Source of the DNA: Tortispora ganteri
Lineage: Eukaryota
Reading direction: 5' to 3'
Assembly: GCA_003707115.1 (NCBI GenBank)
Contig: PPNB01000008.1
Span: 62,001 to 126,000, forward strand
Length of the DNA stretch: 64,000 nucleotides
How positions within the stretch are numbered: the stretch's first letter is position 1; each line of letters opens with the position of its first letter. The notes beneath the pieces were generated by a model, which saw only the letters and a list, made by a program, of their open reading frames with translations, searched no databases and was not told the origin of the DNA. Of this stretch, positions 51,468 through 62,717 are shown piece after piece. The position numbers and the translations under genes are program-made.

Positions 51468-54352
51468 GTCCAATTATTACAGATCATGATCGCTGTATCA
51501 CGCCATTAACAGTAACTTAAGGTATAACGTTACTATTATCTGTTTTCTGCAATGTTTATAGTAAGTCTCATAGACTATGTTTTCCTGAAGCCACGAGACT
51601 AGCATTTTTGTAACTTTATTCTTTCATTGAGATATGTGGTCTTATAATGTCGTGTTTATGCCTATCAAAATATCAAACTGGTACTTTGTTTACCGCATGA
51701 CATTGTCTCTGACGGCATTATGTCAATCTTAGGCAATTGTTACTTCTCAGTGCTGTGTCTGTGAAAATAGTGAAAGTTTATATCATAAGTGTAGTTACGT
51801 CATCTCTCAAATTCTGTTGTAAAGCATAACAGCTCGCGATACACGCGGCCCACCCAAAAAAAAATATAGAGCGTTATTCTGACTATTTTTGGCCTTTATG
51901 GAAATTCGTAAAACTTTGAAGTTCTCACGCAAACGCACTGTGTTTAACTTTGTAGTTATCAAGTTCGAGCGATATTAAAGTTCTTCCATGGTTGAACTTT
52001 ATGTTAATTGAAATGCACGCCTGGTAAAGCAAGCGTGGGAAACGCACATGTATGTATGTGAATACTCAACCTCTATGAGCGAAAAATAATATACCCACTT
52101 AACAAATAGCCTATTAAGGCTATCATTATGCATATGTCAAATTCACATAGATCTCGAGTTGTACTTCCAGTGTAGATTTTTTACACCATGACCGTTGCTT
52201 AGCATTAACAAATAGAACGGAACTTCGGCGGAGGTAAGAAGCTATTTAAGAACAATAAAGTTTAGCTGTAGAACGCAGGGAGCGCCTGTGATAATCACAA
52301 TAAAATGTGCCTGATACGTTGCAATGGACCAAGCATACCGCACAGTACTATATTGAGCGCTTACTGCATATCACGCAAACAAACAAATCCTAAAAAACGG
52401 CACAAAGTACCGACATATTATGCACAGTAATCAGCTTATTCGCTCCACGTGTCCAGTCATGAGAAGATTTAACGACCTCGTTCCTTTTACATTATCCCTT
52501 TTCGACAAACTCATAGAATAACTTTAATTTTGACCATGCTGTTCAACCTAAAGTTTCTTTATCTGGATGAGGGGTTCTTATGCCCATGGCGTAAGCACTG
52601 AGATTAAGCCAACAAAATACGGCACCAATTACCGCCAAGCAATTACATACAGTGTAAACCGACAGATGTCATAAGGTCAGGAAAAGGCGACTATCGCTGT
52701 ATTGTAGAACTGAGCCGCTAGATAAGACACATTAAGGATCAGGTGCCAAAAGCCAAAAGTCATTGAGCGATAATTCGGAAATACCACGGGGTATCCTTGC
52801 CAAAGAAAATAAGCGCAGCATATAAGATACAGAGCGCAAATAGACCGACACATGGATATGACAGCATGCGGACTCTCTATTAAACCCCACTCACGTTGTC
52901 GGTGTCTGAAAAACTCCTAAATTCAAATAACAGAAAATTCACGCACATGCTCACTTGATTCTTGTAAATATCGTACCGAGTATACTAACCAAGTATACCC
53001 CTCTTTTCATAAAATACAAAATGAAAATACACAGCCAAGCGCTAGGCGTTTTGGAGAGCGGTAATGATCTGCTACCGTTTGTGACGGCGCCAGTGGTTGC
53101 CTAATTAGGCAATATATTCGGGCCTTTCGGCTTCTGTAGTCAACGATTATATGTATGTCCCAATTATACCTTAATATGGGCCGCTCCACCAAGATCTAGG
53201 ATCTGATATCTCTAGAGGTATCACCAACTTGTATCTGACCGTAGATGTCGATGTAACGGAAAATATGCTTGCCATTCTGTACTTTGAAAACGAACGCAAG
53301 GTAATAATCTGATAATACAGAATTTACAGCGCTTCGGTTAATTAGTTTAGAAAACATGTGAACAGGTCGGTTAGATTAACCATTCAAATCCGAATTTAAA
53401 GTTGATATGGAAGCTTTCCAAGAACTTTATTATAGTTCTTGTAAGAAAGGGAAACCAACTTTATTGTGATTAACCAATGAAGCAAGCGCTGAACTTATCG
53501 ATCTGCTTTAAACTATCTCATCCGCTTGCTTCCAAACATTGGCTCAGCCAATGGAGTAACCCAGATCCAATAACGATGATGTAAGGCATTTTTTGGGTAT
53601 GCGCAAGTGGAAATAAGAATAAACTTCTTCTATAACGATTAACCCTGAACCTGTAGAAGCTTTTGATCCCGATCCCGATCGCTCACATAAATATATATGG
53701 TTGATAATTTCCTGTACTTTGTATCTGAAATAAACCAGAATCAATCTAGCCTTGAAATTGATTGACAAGACAATTAATTACTGATCTTTTCTTTGCATTC
53801 ATATCACTCTTATAAGATATCACGTGCATCAATACAATGTAAGTAATGATAACATGCTCCTTGTTGTGATTTCTTGTGATTAGCACATGTGTGCGATACA
53901 CCCGAAGAGAAATAATTTATCACAAGTTATTTCTTTCCTAGTGAATATATCCCCGCCACCCCGCTCTGTTTACTGGGGGTCCAAATCTCTGGAGAACGCG
54001 CAAAATAAAGCTCTAATATGCAAACAAACTTGTATGCACGTGGGATTTCTTGTAGTTATTCAACGGCAACGATTTCCCAGCAAACTTTATTTTACTGCGA
54101 GAGAGAGAGAGAGCGGCTATGCTGCAATCCGAGCCAATATGACCTAGAAATCTGAATGCGGGTCGCTCGTGAGCGGAAGAGAAAGGTTAAGGGTATCGAT
54201 GAAAGATCTCGTATCCCCCCCCTTTTATCTATCCTCGTGGGAAATCATGTTTAATAAATGAACTGTAAAGTTTTCGCATATTATCCCAGAGTGGAACAGA
54301 GCGGGCCGCGCGTGTGATGTTCTGAATTATCTGCAGCTTATTAGAACGGGGG

Positions 54353-54360
54353 TATTTAAA
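54353..54360 (+). promoter_or_regulatory. Candidate TATA element of the C2H2 transcription factor gene
   Basis: TATTTAAA followed by a leader free of ATGs outside the predicted intron. Confidence 0.45.
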
Positions 54361-54501
54361 GAAAACTGCTTTGAGCATTTCACTTTATCAAAATCATTTA
54401 TTAATTTCTCGTCAAGAAACTAACCGAAAATACAGATTCCGCAATTAATACTGCATAAGTTTCAGCGTTTAACACTCTTTTTGTTGCTCGATATTTGAAC
54501 A

Positions 54502-54651
54502 GTAAGTAAAACACAAACAACGAAAACAATTACCGATTATAAATTCTCTCCGCAGAATTCAGGTAATTAGAACATTAACGTTCGTTATCGAACACATCTA
54601 ATCGCCCTTCGGTTAAGGCCACACAATGATTATGACATACTAACCAAATAG
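54502..54651 (+). other. Putative 5' UTR intron, 150 nt
   Basis: GTAAGT donor, perfect TACTAAC at 54638-54644, TAG acceptor 7 nt downstream. Confidence 0.7.
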
Positions 54652-54991
54652 CAGTTAACCGCTCTGGTGAATCAGTAAAGTTCAAACTCTCTTTTGTTTT
54701 GGGCCTAGATAATTAACGCTTTAGGCAAATCATTGTCCCGATTTATTAATTAATAAAGTTCGCGGCACATCCAGATCTTTCAGCACTTAAAGCAGAAGAA
54801 GCACTTTAATTGCTGATTTATTATCTTCATTCTCATTGACCCGTGAGTATTTATTAGTGGAGATTACACATCAATCTCCCGGTTTACTCACGTAACGGAT
54901 TTAATTCAGCCTGAATATCTAATTTTGCTCATCTTATCTCGAAGTTTAAGAATCCAGAGACCAGCTCTCAAGCATATTACTGCAAAACAAC

Positions 54992-56227
54992 ATGAACGCC
55001 AGCAAAGAGTATTCGTATATCGACTCACTTCTTCCTGCTTCAGCCAATTATGGAAATAATGCGCTAGATAGCTTAGCCGTTAACTCTGACATCATTGCTA
55101 ATAATAATAACAGCAACAACGAAGCACTGCAACAACTTTTACTTCAAGGAATGTGGTCCAATACGGACCAAGAGATACCCGAACTATTAAACAATTCTTC
55201 AACCATGTTATGGCCTCATGAAATAAAAAACTCTTACTCAACTCCTTTTGAAGCTCCTAGTGTGGATCCATTGCAATTTCAAAGCTTCGCGGCTGAACGC
55301 CACAGCACTGACCCTGAACCACTTGCGACTGAGGGGTATTATCAGCACAACTTTAACAATAATAGTATAGGTATTCGCAGTGAACATCCTTCAAGTTTTG
55401 CTTATAGTGATGCAAAGGTAGCGTTTTTCGATAGCGCTCACGAGAATGATATAAACACTTTCAGTTCATTGCATGACACATTGGATTTCGGCGGATTCAG
55501 TACTACTAACTTGCATCAAACCGATGTGCATTCTTTTACAGGAGCCGGTTTGAATCCTATCAGTTTCGCCGGCGACAATATTATCCCAGCATTTTGTGAT
55601 ACTGAGGCAACTGAACAGGGTTCATTATCTCCATATAGCGATTCAGTTACATCCAGCATTGACCGTCTGAGCGCTTCACCAATTCTGCAGCATTCTCCTA
55701 CATATGTGAGAGGCATTACGGGAAATGAAGTCGCTCATTTAGATAACCAGTCTGAGCCAGACTTAACGCCTACCGCTGCTACCAATACATCACCTAGTGT
55801 CAAGCTTGGTCGGCCCGTTAGTCGTCGTGGAAGAAAGGCAGGCAAATCTAAAACCAGGCACGCATCACACTCTCCTGATTCACAAAAGTGCAAAGTGTGT
55901 GGCAAAAATTTCACCAGAGATATGCCGCGGCACATGCGTATTCATGAGCCGGTGGCTAGATTTATTTGCCCTTACCCGCGTGACCAGTGCTCTCACAAGA
56001 GAGGTCAGTTCAATCGCCAGTATGATTTCAAGAAGCATTTGTTACATGACCATTTTATCTTCGATGATCCATCTGCACGCAAGGTGCATACCCTGACAGG
56101 TAAGCTATCGTGTTATGGACAATGTTTGTGCGGTGAACGGTTTGTTGGAGGTAAATGGCTTGACGAACACATACTGGCAGATCATATGCCATGCACACAC
56201 CTACGTGCATGCATCAAATCACAATAG
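54992..56227 (+). CDS. C2H2 zinc-finger transcription factor
   Basis: CKVC...HMRIH, CPYPRDQC...HLLHDH and a further CLC...H..H/C module; basic NLS-like RRGRKAGKSK; N/S/D-rich N-terminus. Confidence 0.88.
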   Translation: MNASKEYSYIDSLLPASANYGNNALDSLAVNSDIIANNNNSNNEALQQLLLQGMWSNTDQEIPELLNNSSTMLWPHEIKNSYSTPFEAPSVDPLQFQSFAAERHSTDPEPLATEGYYQHNFNNNSIGIRSEHPSSFAYSDAKVAFFDSAHENDINTFSSLHDTLDFGGFSTTNLHQTDVHSFTGAGLNPISFAGDNIIPAFCDTEATEQGSLSPYSDSVTSSIDRLSASPILQHSPTYVRGITGNEVAHLDNQSEPDLTPTAATNTSPSVKLGRPVSRRGRKAGKSKTRHASHSPDSQKCKVCGKNFTRDMPRHMRIHEPVARFICPYPRDQCSHKRGQFNRQYDFKKHLLHDHFIFDDPSARKVHTLTGKLSCYGQCLCGERFVGGKWLDEHILADHMPCTHLRACIKSQ

Positions 56228-56867
56228 AATTTTTTACATTGTTTGGTGTTGTTAAATTTCCTGTTTATTTTGGTATTTTTGTTAGCTGTTTCTTTTCGCC
56301 AATGTTTTATTTTTGCATGATTCCTCGGGGGTACGGACTAGCGAGTCAAATTATGTGGCACCAATTTGACCTGACAGAACGTCAGTTTTGCCCGGATGTC
56401 TTCCCCATTCCTATATATTATTCATCATTTAGTAGTAGCACTATATGATTTTACTTGAATGTTTTAAAACATTTTAAAACGTAAGAAAAGCCGTAATTAA
56501 TATATAAACAAAATTGCTTAAAAAAAGTGGTACCACTTTGTGCTAAGGCGCCAGTGGCTTTGGCAGATACAAGTACTAAAATGTAACCTTAAATGGAGAT
56601 CTTTCTACTCAGCATGTCAATGTGCGGCTGAAACTACCATAGCAACAAATTGACCCAAACCCAGCCTCTTTACCAGCTACACCCGATTTTTAAATCAGAG
56701 GGCGAATTTTATCGGAAAACTATTCATTTTCTTAGGTAAAGAATTACTTTGCGAGTCAGCCGCTAATTTTTACTATCTATTCTTCCAATCTACTCTATTG
56801 TGCTAGATTTAACGGTGTTTAACTGAACATTTGATCTATCGCGTTTGCATCTTGACTTTCTCATACA

Positions 56868-58268
56868 ATGAACCAAGTTTCCGATAAATGGATCGGTGCC
56901 AAAAAGGCGCTTGTACGAACCCCGCATATGTTCATAGGCAACAAATCCAAGGAAGATCCTTTAATAATTGAATGGTCCAAGGACCTTGTAGTTGCCTCTA
57001 CGGGACTCAGCGAAATTGCCCACGATTGCAAGAATTTCGTTGAAGCTTGGCAGAAGATTCTGTCTGGTCAATTGACCTACTCGGGATCGATCCACACTGT
57101 CTATGACGATATTCCGGACGATAGACCGGATGTGGATAGTGGAAATACCCCGGAAGAAACCATGAACCGCTTGGATAATTACATTGACGCAATGGAAACC
57201 CTTCACGAACGTGCTGAACCCCTCATACAACTATTGCACGTACGAATTGTGCAACCCTGCGAAACTGCCCGTGAATATGTCGAAGTCGCCTTGAAAGAAC
57301 TAAAGAAACGTGCTCACAAGAAAACCGACTATGACCGCCACCACGATACCGTTGAGAAACTTCAGAAAAAGAAACCGCTATCCGATAAAGACAGGCTTGC
57401 TCTCGACAAAGCAGACATTGAACTCAAACACTCTACTCGTATTTTTAACGAGCATGACAAGGCTGTACGAGAAATGGTACCTAAACTTATTACTCTTCTA
57501 GAAGATCTCACTTCCTCCTTGCTTACGCAGATGACAATGCTACTGTCAGATCTTTTTCGCCGTATGCAGGACACTGTGCAATCGTACGCTGCTGCATCTG
57601 GACTAATACGTTCCGGTACTGTTGATTCTGATGGCGGAGAAATACAGGATGGTTCTCACGGGCTATACATTCCTGCCGTTGAAGATATCGAAAATACTTG
57701 GAACGAAAAAGTGAGTCCGATAGTTCATCAGATCGAATCACAATTCCGAATACTACTGGACTCTGAAGTAGGCAGTACTAAATCATTGTCGAAGACTCTA
57801 ATGTCAAACACTACAAAAGGTGTCACAAAAGCTGGCCAATTTACTCTTTCTGGTGCTAAGTCTGCTGCGCGATCTACAAGGGACCTTAAAAGACGGAAAC
57901 TACGTGCGGCTGATCCGATCAATGGTATTTTCCGTTATAGTTCTATACGGCTAGAAGAACTGACTACAAACGGTAAGAAATTAGATGTTCAAGTTACGGC
58001 AGACTTGGACGAATCTCAAGACGATGAGGTTTCTGAAGCGACAGATTCTTTAATGGCTACAACTATCAGCGAACCGAAATCTTCTGGCGTCGACTCAACC
58101 GACAGTCGTAAACTCGAGGAGAAACTGTCTACTCCTGATTTATCGAAAAACACTCCTGTTACACCACAGAATGAGTTGCCGTCCGATCCCATGTCGAACC
58201 CAGAACTGTTATCCAATCCGTCACCGCTTGTCGATTCACTAGAATTTGAGGAATCTAGATCCAAGTGA
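56868..58268 (+). CDS. N-BAR domain protein (Rvs167/amphiphysin-like) without SH3
   Basis: WIGAKKALVRTP amphipathic helix and KKRAHKKTDYDRH BAR signature; acidic disordered tail. Confidence 0.75.
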   Translation: MNQVSDKWIGAKKALVRTPHMFIGNKSKEDPLIIEWSKDLVVASTGLSEIAHDCKNFVEAWQKILSGQLTYSGSIHTVYDDIPDDRPDVDSGNTPEETMNRLDNYIDAMETLHERAEPLIQLLHVRIVQPCETAREYVEVALKELKKRAHKKTDYDRHHDTVEKLQKKKPLSDKDRLALDKADIELKHSTRIFNEHDKAVREMVPKLITLLEDLTSSLLTQMTMLLSDLFRRMQDTVQSYAAASGLIRSGTVDSDGGEIQDGSHGLYIPAVEDIENTWNEKVSPIVHQIESQFRILLDSEVGSTKSLSKTLMSNTTKGVTKAGQFTLSGAKSAARSTRDLKRRKLRAADPINGIFRYSSIRLEELTTNGKKLDVQVTADLDESQDDEVSEATDSLMATTISEPKSSGVDSTDSRKLEEKLSTPDLSKNTPVTPQNELPSDPMSNPELLSNPSPLVDSLEFEESRSK

Positions 58269-58594
58269 TTCTATGATCTATTTGCGATATACTTTTTACA
58301 ATTTTATTATTGATTACTTAGCCACGTGCCTAAGAACCCTGCTTAGGCTCTACCTGCCAACTCACAGTTTTATAACTTTTGTTTCCTCTTATTTGATGAC
58401 TCACAAACCTTAAATAGATTTCAAGACTCGTGATTCGTGAATCTCTTTTTTTTTTTTTCTCAAAGCGGCCCCTAAACTGAATATTTATATATATGCCCTT
58501 TATGCAGGTGCCCTATACACAGCTATCAATAATACATATATATACCGGTGCACCACTGCATTAGACTTCACTCTATTATAGAATAGTTGCAATA

Positions 58595-58860
58595 ATGGCG
58601 TACATAGAAATCCCTGAAAATCAGACCTCCGCTTCGATGCAAAATATTCCTCCTGCCGAGAAATCCGCGCCTTCACCTGGCTTCATTTCTCAGCTATACG
58701 CTCCTGGTAAGTCTTTATTACTCTGTGAGTTTTCATCGATCACCGCTAACACTTTCAAGGCCAAAGCGCGTCTTTGAGGGAAACTAAAGAGATCCCTGTT
58801 ACTGCTCTGTACCCATCGGCGCTCCGAGGCCCTACTCCTAGAGCGCAAAGGTCGCAATAG
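58595..58860 (+). CDS. Spliced 70-aa microprotein (exons 58595-58706 and 58760-58860)
   Basis: TATA-like TATTTATATATA at about 58482, ATAATGG start, and intron GTAAGT...GCTAAC-ACTTTCAAG giving a continuous 71-codon frame. Confidence 0.6.
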
Positions 58861-59401
58861 ACAGACACATATATATACCCCACCCACCCAAACACATCGC
58901 TTTCATTATGAGCAATGCATGCAATGCTTGCATAACTTTATCCACAGCAATATAAAACATTTGATTCTATTTATGTTCAAAAACAGCGTCTTCAGCGGAA
59001 CAACTTCAATATGATCTTGTCTCGATTGCGATTGAACCTTATTGACACCTACCAGATCTGTGCATTGAGCTGTGTCTCGACGCTCTGTCTGCAGATTCAA
59101 ACTGTTGTATAGCTGTAAAACTAAAATTACCAGTATGAATCTGGACAATCGTTTAACTACTATTAGCACTGTAGACTTCAGGGCCGTTACCATTGCTATA
59201 TTCGAGGTACTCTCGAGGACTCCCCATCGTCCAAACTTGGCATAGGGCTAGGGGAATCTCTTTACTTAAACCTTACTCTCTTATCAAGGCGGACATGTTC
59301 TTCGATATACTGGCCTGATTTTTTCACACAAAACGCTGTGCGAACTAGTTTACTTCGTATTTAGGAGTCAATTTACTTTGTAGTGACTGTAGAAATCAGT
59401 T

Positions 59402-62400
59402 ATGGTTTTGCATTTTGGAACAGAGTACGATACTGCCGAAGAGCAGCGTCTTCGGCAGGATACGAACAAGGAAAGGGTAAGTTGATTATTTAGCAGAAGA
59501 CAGGCTGCGGCGTTCCCTCGCCGACGTCCTCAGTTGAGATGGGAACATATTTAACTAATATTCTAGTATTGGAAAAGATGGGGTCCGTATTTGTCTGAAC
59601 GGCAATGGGCCACTGTGCGCGAAGACTACTCAGCGAATGGCGATGCATGGAATGACTTTCCTCACGAACAGGCACGGTCCAGGACATACCGATGGGGTGA
59701 GGATGGAATTGCTGGTGTTTCCGACAATCATCAGATTATGTGTATTGCATTTGCTTTCTGGAACGGGGAAGACGAGATTTTGAAAGAAAGAATGTACGGC
59801 CTGACAGGGCACCAGGGCAACCACGGCGAGGACGTCAAGGAGCTCTACTACTATCTAGACAATACGCCTACACATTCCTATATGAAGATGCTCTACAAGT
59901 ATCCTCAGAAGAAATATCCCTACCAAGAACTCATTGACAAGACAGCTGAACGGTCTCGACTAGAACCAGAGTTCGAGCTGATTGATACTGGTATACTAGA
60001 TGAGGACCGATACTTCGACATATACATAGAGATGGCAAAGAACCCAGAAAATGAAGAAGAACTCTACTTCAGAGTGACTGCTCACAATCGCGGCCCAGAT
60101 CCAGCCCCCTTGCATATAATCCCGCACGTATGGTTTCGTAACACTTGGTCGTGGGGTTACGAAGATCGTACTGAGGTACCAACGATCAAGTTGATCGACC
60201 AACAATCTACCGGCATGGTATATGAGACTTACTGCAGCAAACATGGTTATAGATACCTTCGATTTGACACTAGTCCTAATACTACAGACGATATAGAGGA
60301 AGACGTCGCTCCGGTGCCTTTGTTTACCAACAACGAAACTAACCGCGAGAGGCTTTTCAAACAGGAAAATGACTCTCCTTACACGAAAGATGCCTTTCAC
60401 AGGCATATAGTCGACAATGAAAAGGGAGCAATTAATCCCGAGAACACTGGTACGAAATCTGCGGCCTGGTACAGTTTCGTCGGAGATGGCGGTATTCCTC
60501 CGGGTGAAAGCGCCGTTGTGCGTTTTGTCTTTACTAACGAGAAGCCTACATGCACCGAGCCTGGCATGGAAGAAATTGCAGATGCGCAGACTGACGAAAT
60601 GATCGATGAAAGGTTTAATGAGGCTGAAGAGTTTTATTACCATATCTCGCCTATAATCCCCAATGACGATCTCAGAAACATTCAACGTCAAGCTCTTTCA
60701 GGAATGCTGTGGACGAAGCAATTCTACCACTTTGTATGGGAAGAGTGGGCGCACGGCGATCCTGCAAATCCAGCTCCCCCGCCGGAACGCGCAGGTATTC
60801 GAAATGCGCACTGGAAGCATCTGTATCTTGATGATATACTATCGATGCCTGACAAATGGGAATACCCATTCTTTGCCGCTTGGGATACGGCATTCCATAC
60901 CATCCCTTTGGCAATGGTTGATCCTGAGTTTGCCAAGAAACAGTTAGATCTGTTTACGCGAGAATGGTACATGCACCCTAATGGTCAGATCCCAGCATAC
61001 GAGTGGAACTTCTCAGATGTAAACCCACCCGTACACGCTTGGGCTGCTTTCAGGGTTTACAAGATAGAGAGAAAAATGTATGGAAATACTGATGTGGACT
61101 TTCTCGAAAGAGTGTTCCAAAAGTTGCTGCTGAACTTCACGTGGTGGGTAAACAGAAAAGATGCGGAAGGAAAGAATGTCTTTGAAGGTGGGTTTCTTGG
61201 ACTTGATAACATAGGCGTATTCAATCGTTCTGAACCTCTTCCTACAGGAGGTACGCTAGAGCAAGCTGACTCTACTGGATGGATGGCCTTCTATTGCTTG
61301 CAGATGCTCAACATTTCTTTGGAACTTGCCAATCATCGTAAAAGCTATGAAGACATTGCCTCCAAGTTCTTTGAGCATTTTCTTTTCATTGCAGACGCAA
61401 TGACATTCCGCACTGGAACCAAGAATGAGGTTATGGAGTCGTCACTGTGGAACGAGGATGACGGATTCTATTATGATTGCATATCATGGGGTGAAGAAAA
61501 TCGAATCCAACTTCCGGTTCGTTCTCTTGTTGGACTCATTCCTTTGTATGCTGTCTCTACACTAGAGCCAGAACAGCTCGCACGATTTAGCTCGTTCAAT
61601 AAGAGAGTACAATGGTTTGTCAACAACCGCCGTAAGATTTCGAGCCGCAATATTGCGTCCATGGAAGATCGCGGCAAGTCCGAAAGGATGCTACTTGCTT
61701 TGGTCTCAAAAGAACGTCTTGTGCGAATTCTGCAGCGCTTATTTGACGAAGATGAGTTTCTGTCTGAGTTTGGAATTCGCTCGTTGTCTAAGTTTCACGA
61801 AAAGAACCCCTATGTATGGGACGCCAATGGAGACAAGCATATTGTGGACTATGTGCCTGGAGATTCAAATTCCGGCATGTTTGGTGGTAACTCGAACTGG
61901 AGAGGTCCTATCTGGTTCCCCACCACATTCCTCATTATCGAATCGTTGCAACGATTTTACCTCTACTATGGTGACAGTTTGACGATCGAGTACCCTAAAG
62001 GTAGCGGTGAGCAGAAAACTCTTGCCAATTTAGCCAACATGATCCAGAAACGTCTGATTAGCATTTTTGCTAAAAATGAAAAGGGCGAAAGAGCATACAA
62101 CGGAGGAAACGAAAAGTGCAATAGCGATCCTAATTTTTCCGAAAATATCCAATTCAATGAGTTCTTCCACGCAGACGAAGGCAGAGGACTTGGTGCTTCT
62201 CATCAACTGGGATGGACAGGCTTGATTGGCAAGATTATTTATGATTTTTCCTTTTCTCTACCGCAGAATGCACCGCGAAGCAAACAGAAAGCGGCTGAGT
62301 TCTTCTTTGATGATATTTTGTACCCTCCCGTCGAGGAACGGAAATCACGCCCCTTGAATCATTTCAGACGCCGTTCAAGCAGCGCTCGTGTAGGTACTTC

Positions 62401-62542
62401 CATGCTGAACCGCACAGAATCCTCTAATAAACTGAAAGAGGATCTTGAGAAGGAAGCTGAATACCGTGAGAAGATTATTGAGGCCCTGGATAACTTTTAC
62501 TTGCGATCCAAAGATGACGCAGAGGAGAGTTATGATTTGTAG
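59402..62542 (+). CDS. GH63-like (MGH1/YMR196W-type) glycoside hydrolase; exons 59402-59476 and 59567-62542
   Basis: Spliced N-terminus EEQRL...ERYWKRWGPYLSERQW, MPDKWEYPFFAAWD, GGNSNWRGPIW and GLGASHQ.GWTG. Confidence 0.9.
59477..59566 (+). other. Spliceosomal intron, 90 nt
   Basis: GTAAGT ... ACTAAT-ATTCTAG, phase 0; joins family-like N-terminal sequence. Confidence 0.88.
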
Positions 62543-62717
62543 GAGGCTATTTACGTATAAGATACAGTGTTTAGATCGAAGATTTTGTTTTTAGGCTGGC
62601 AACCTTAACACGACTGCCGTTCCACTAAGAAATATAGCAGGTAATGTAAAAATAAAGTCCTGCGATAGAACGGAAATATATTGATATGATGACCCGACTG
62701 CAGGTTTGCAAAACATT

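Noticed and set aside
51468..54352. LTR, transposon remnant or snRNA in the long intergenic region
   Set aside because: No terminal repeats, transposase or RT fragments, or U1/U2/U5/U6 signature sequences seen by eye; the short ORFs there look random
59591..59593. ORF-track starts at TTG/GTG (also 21747, 25029, 32537, 34574, 44758, 44869)
   Set aside because: Artefacts of a prokaryote-style ORF caller; replaced by ATG starts or spliced upstream exons
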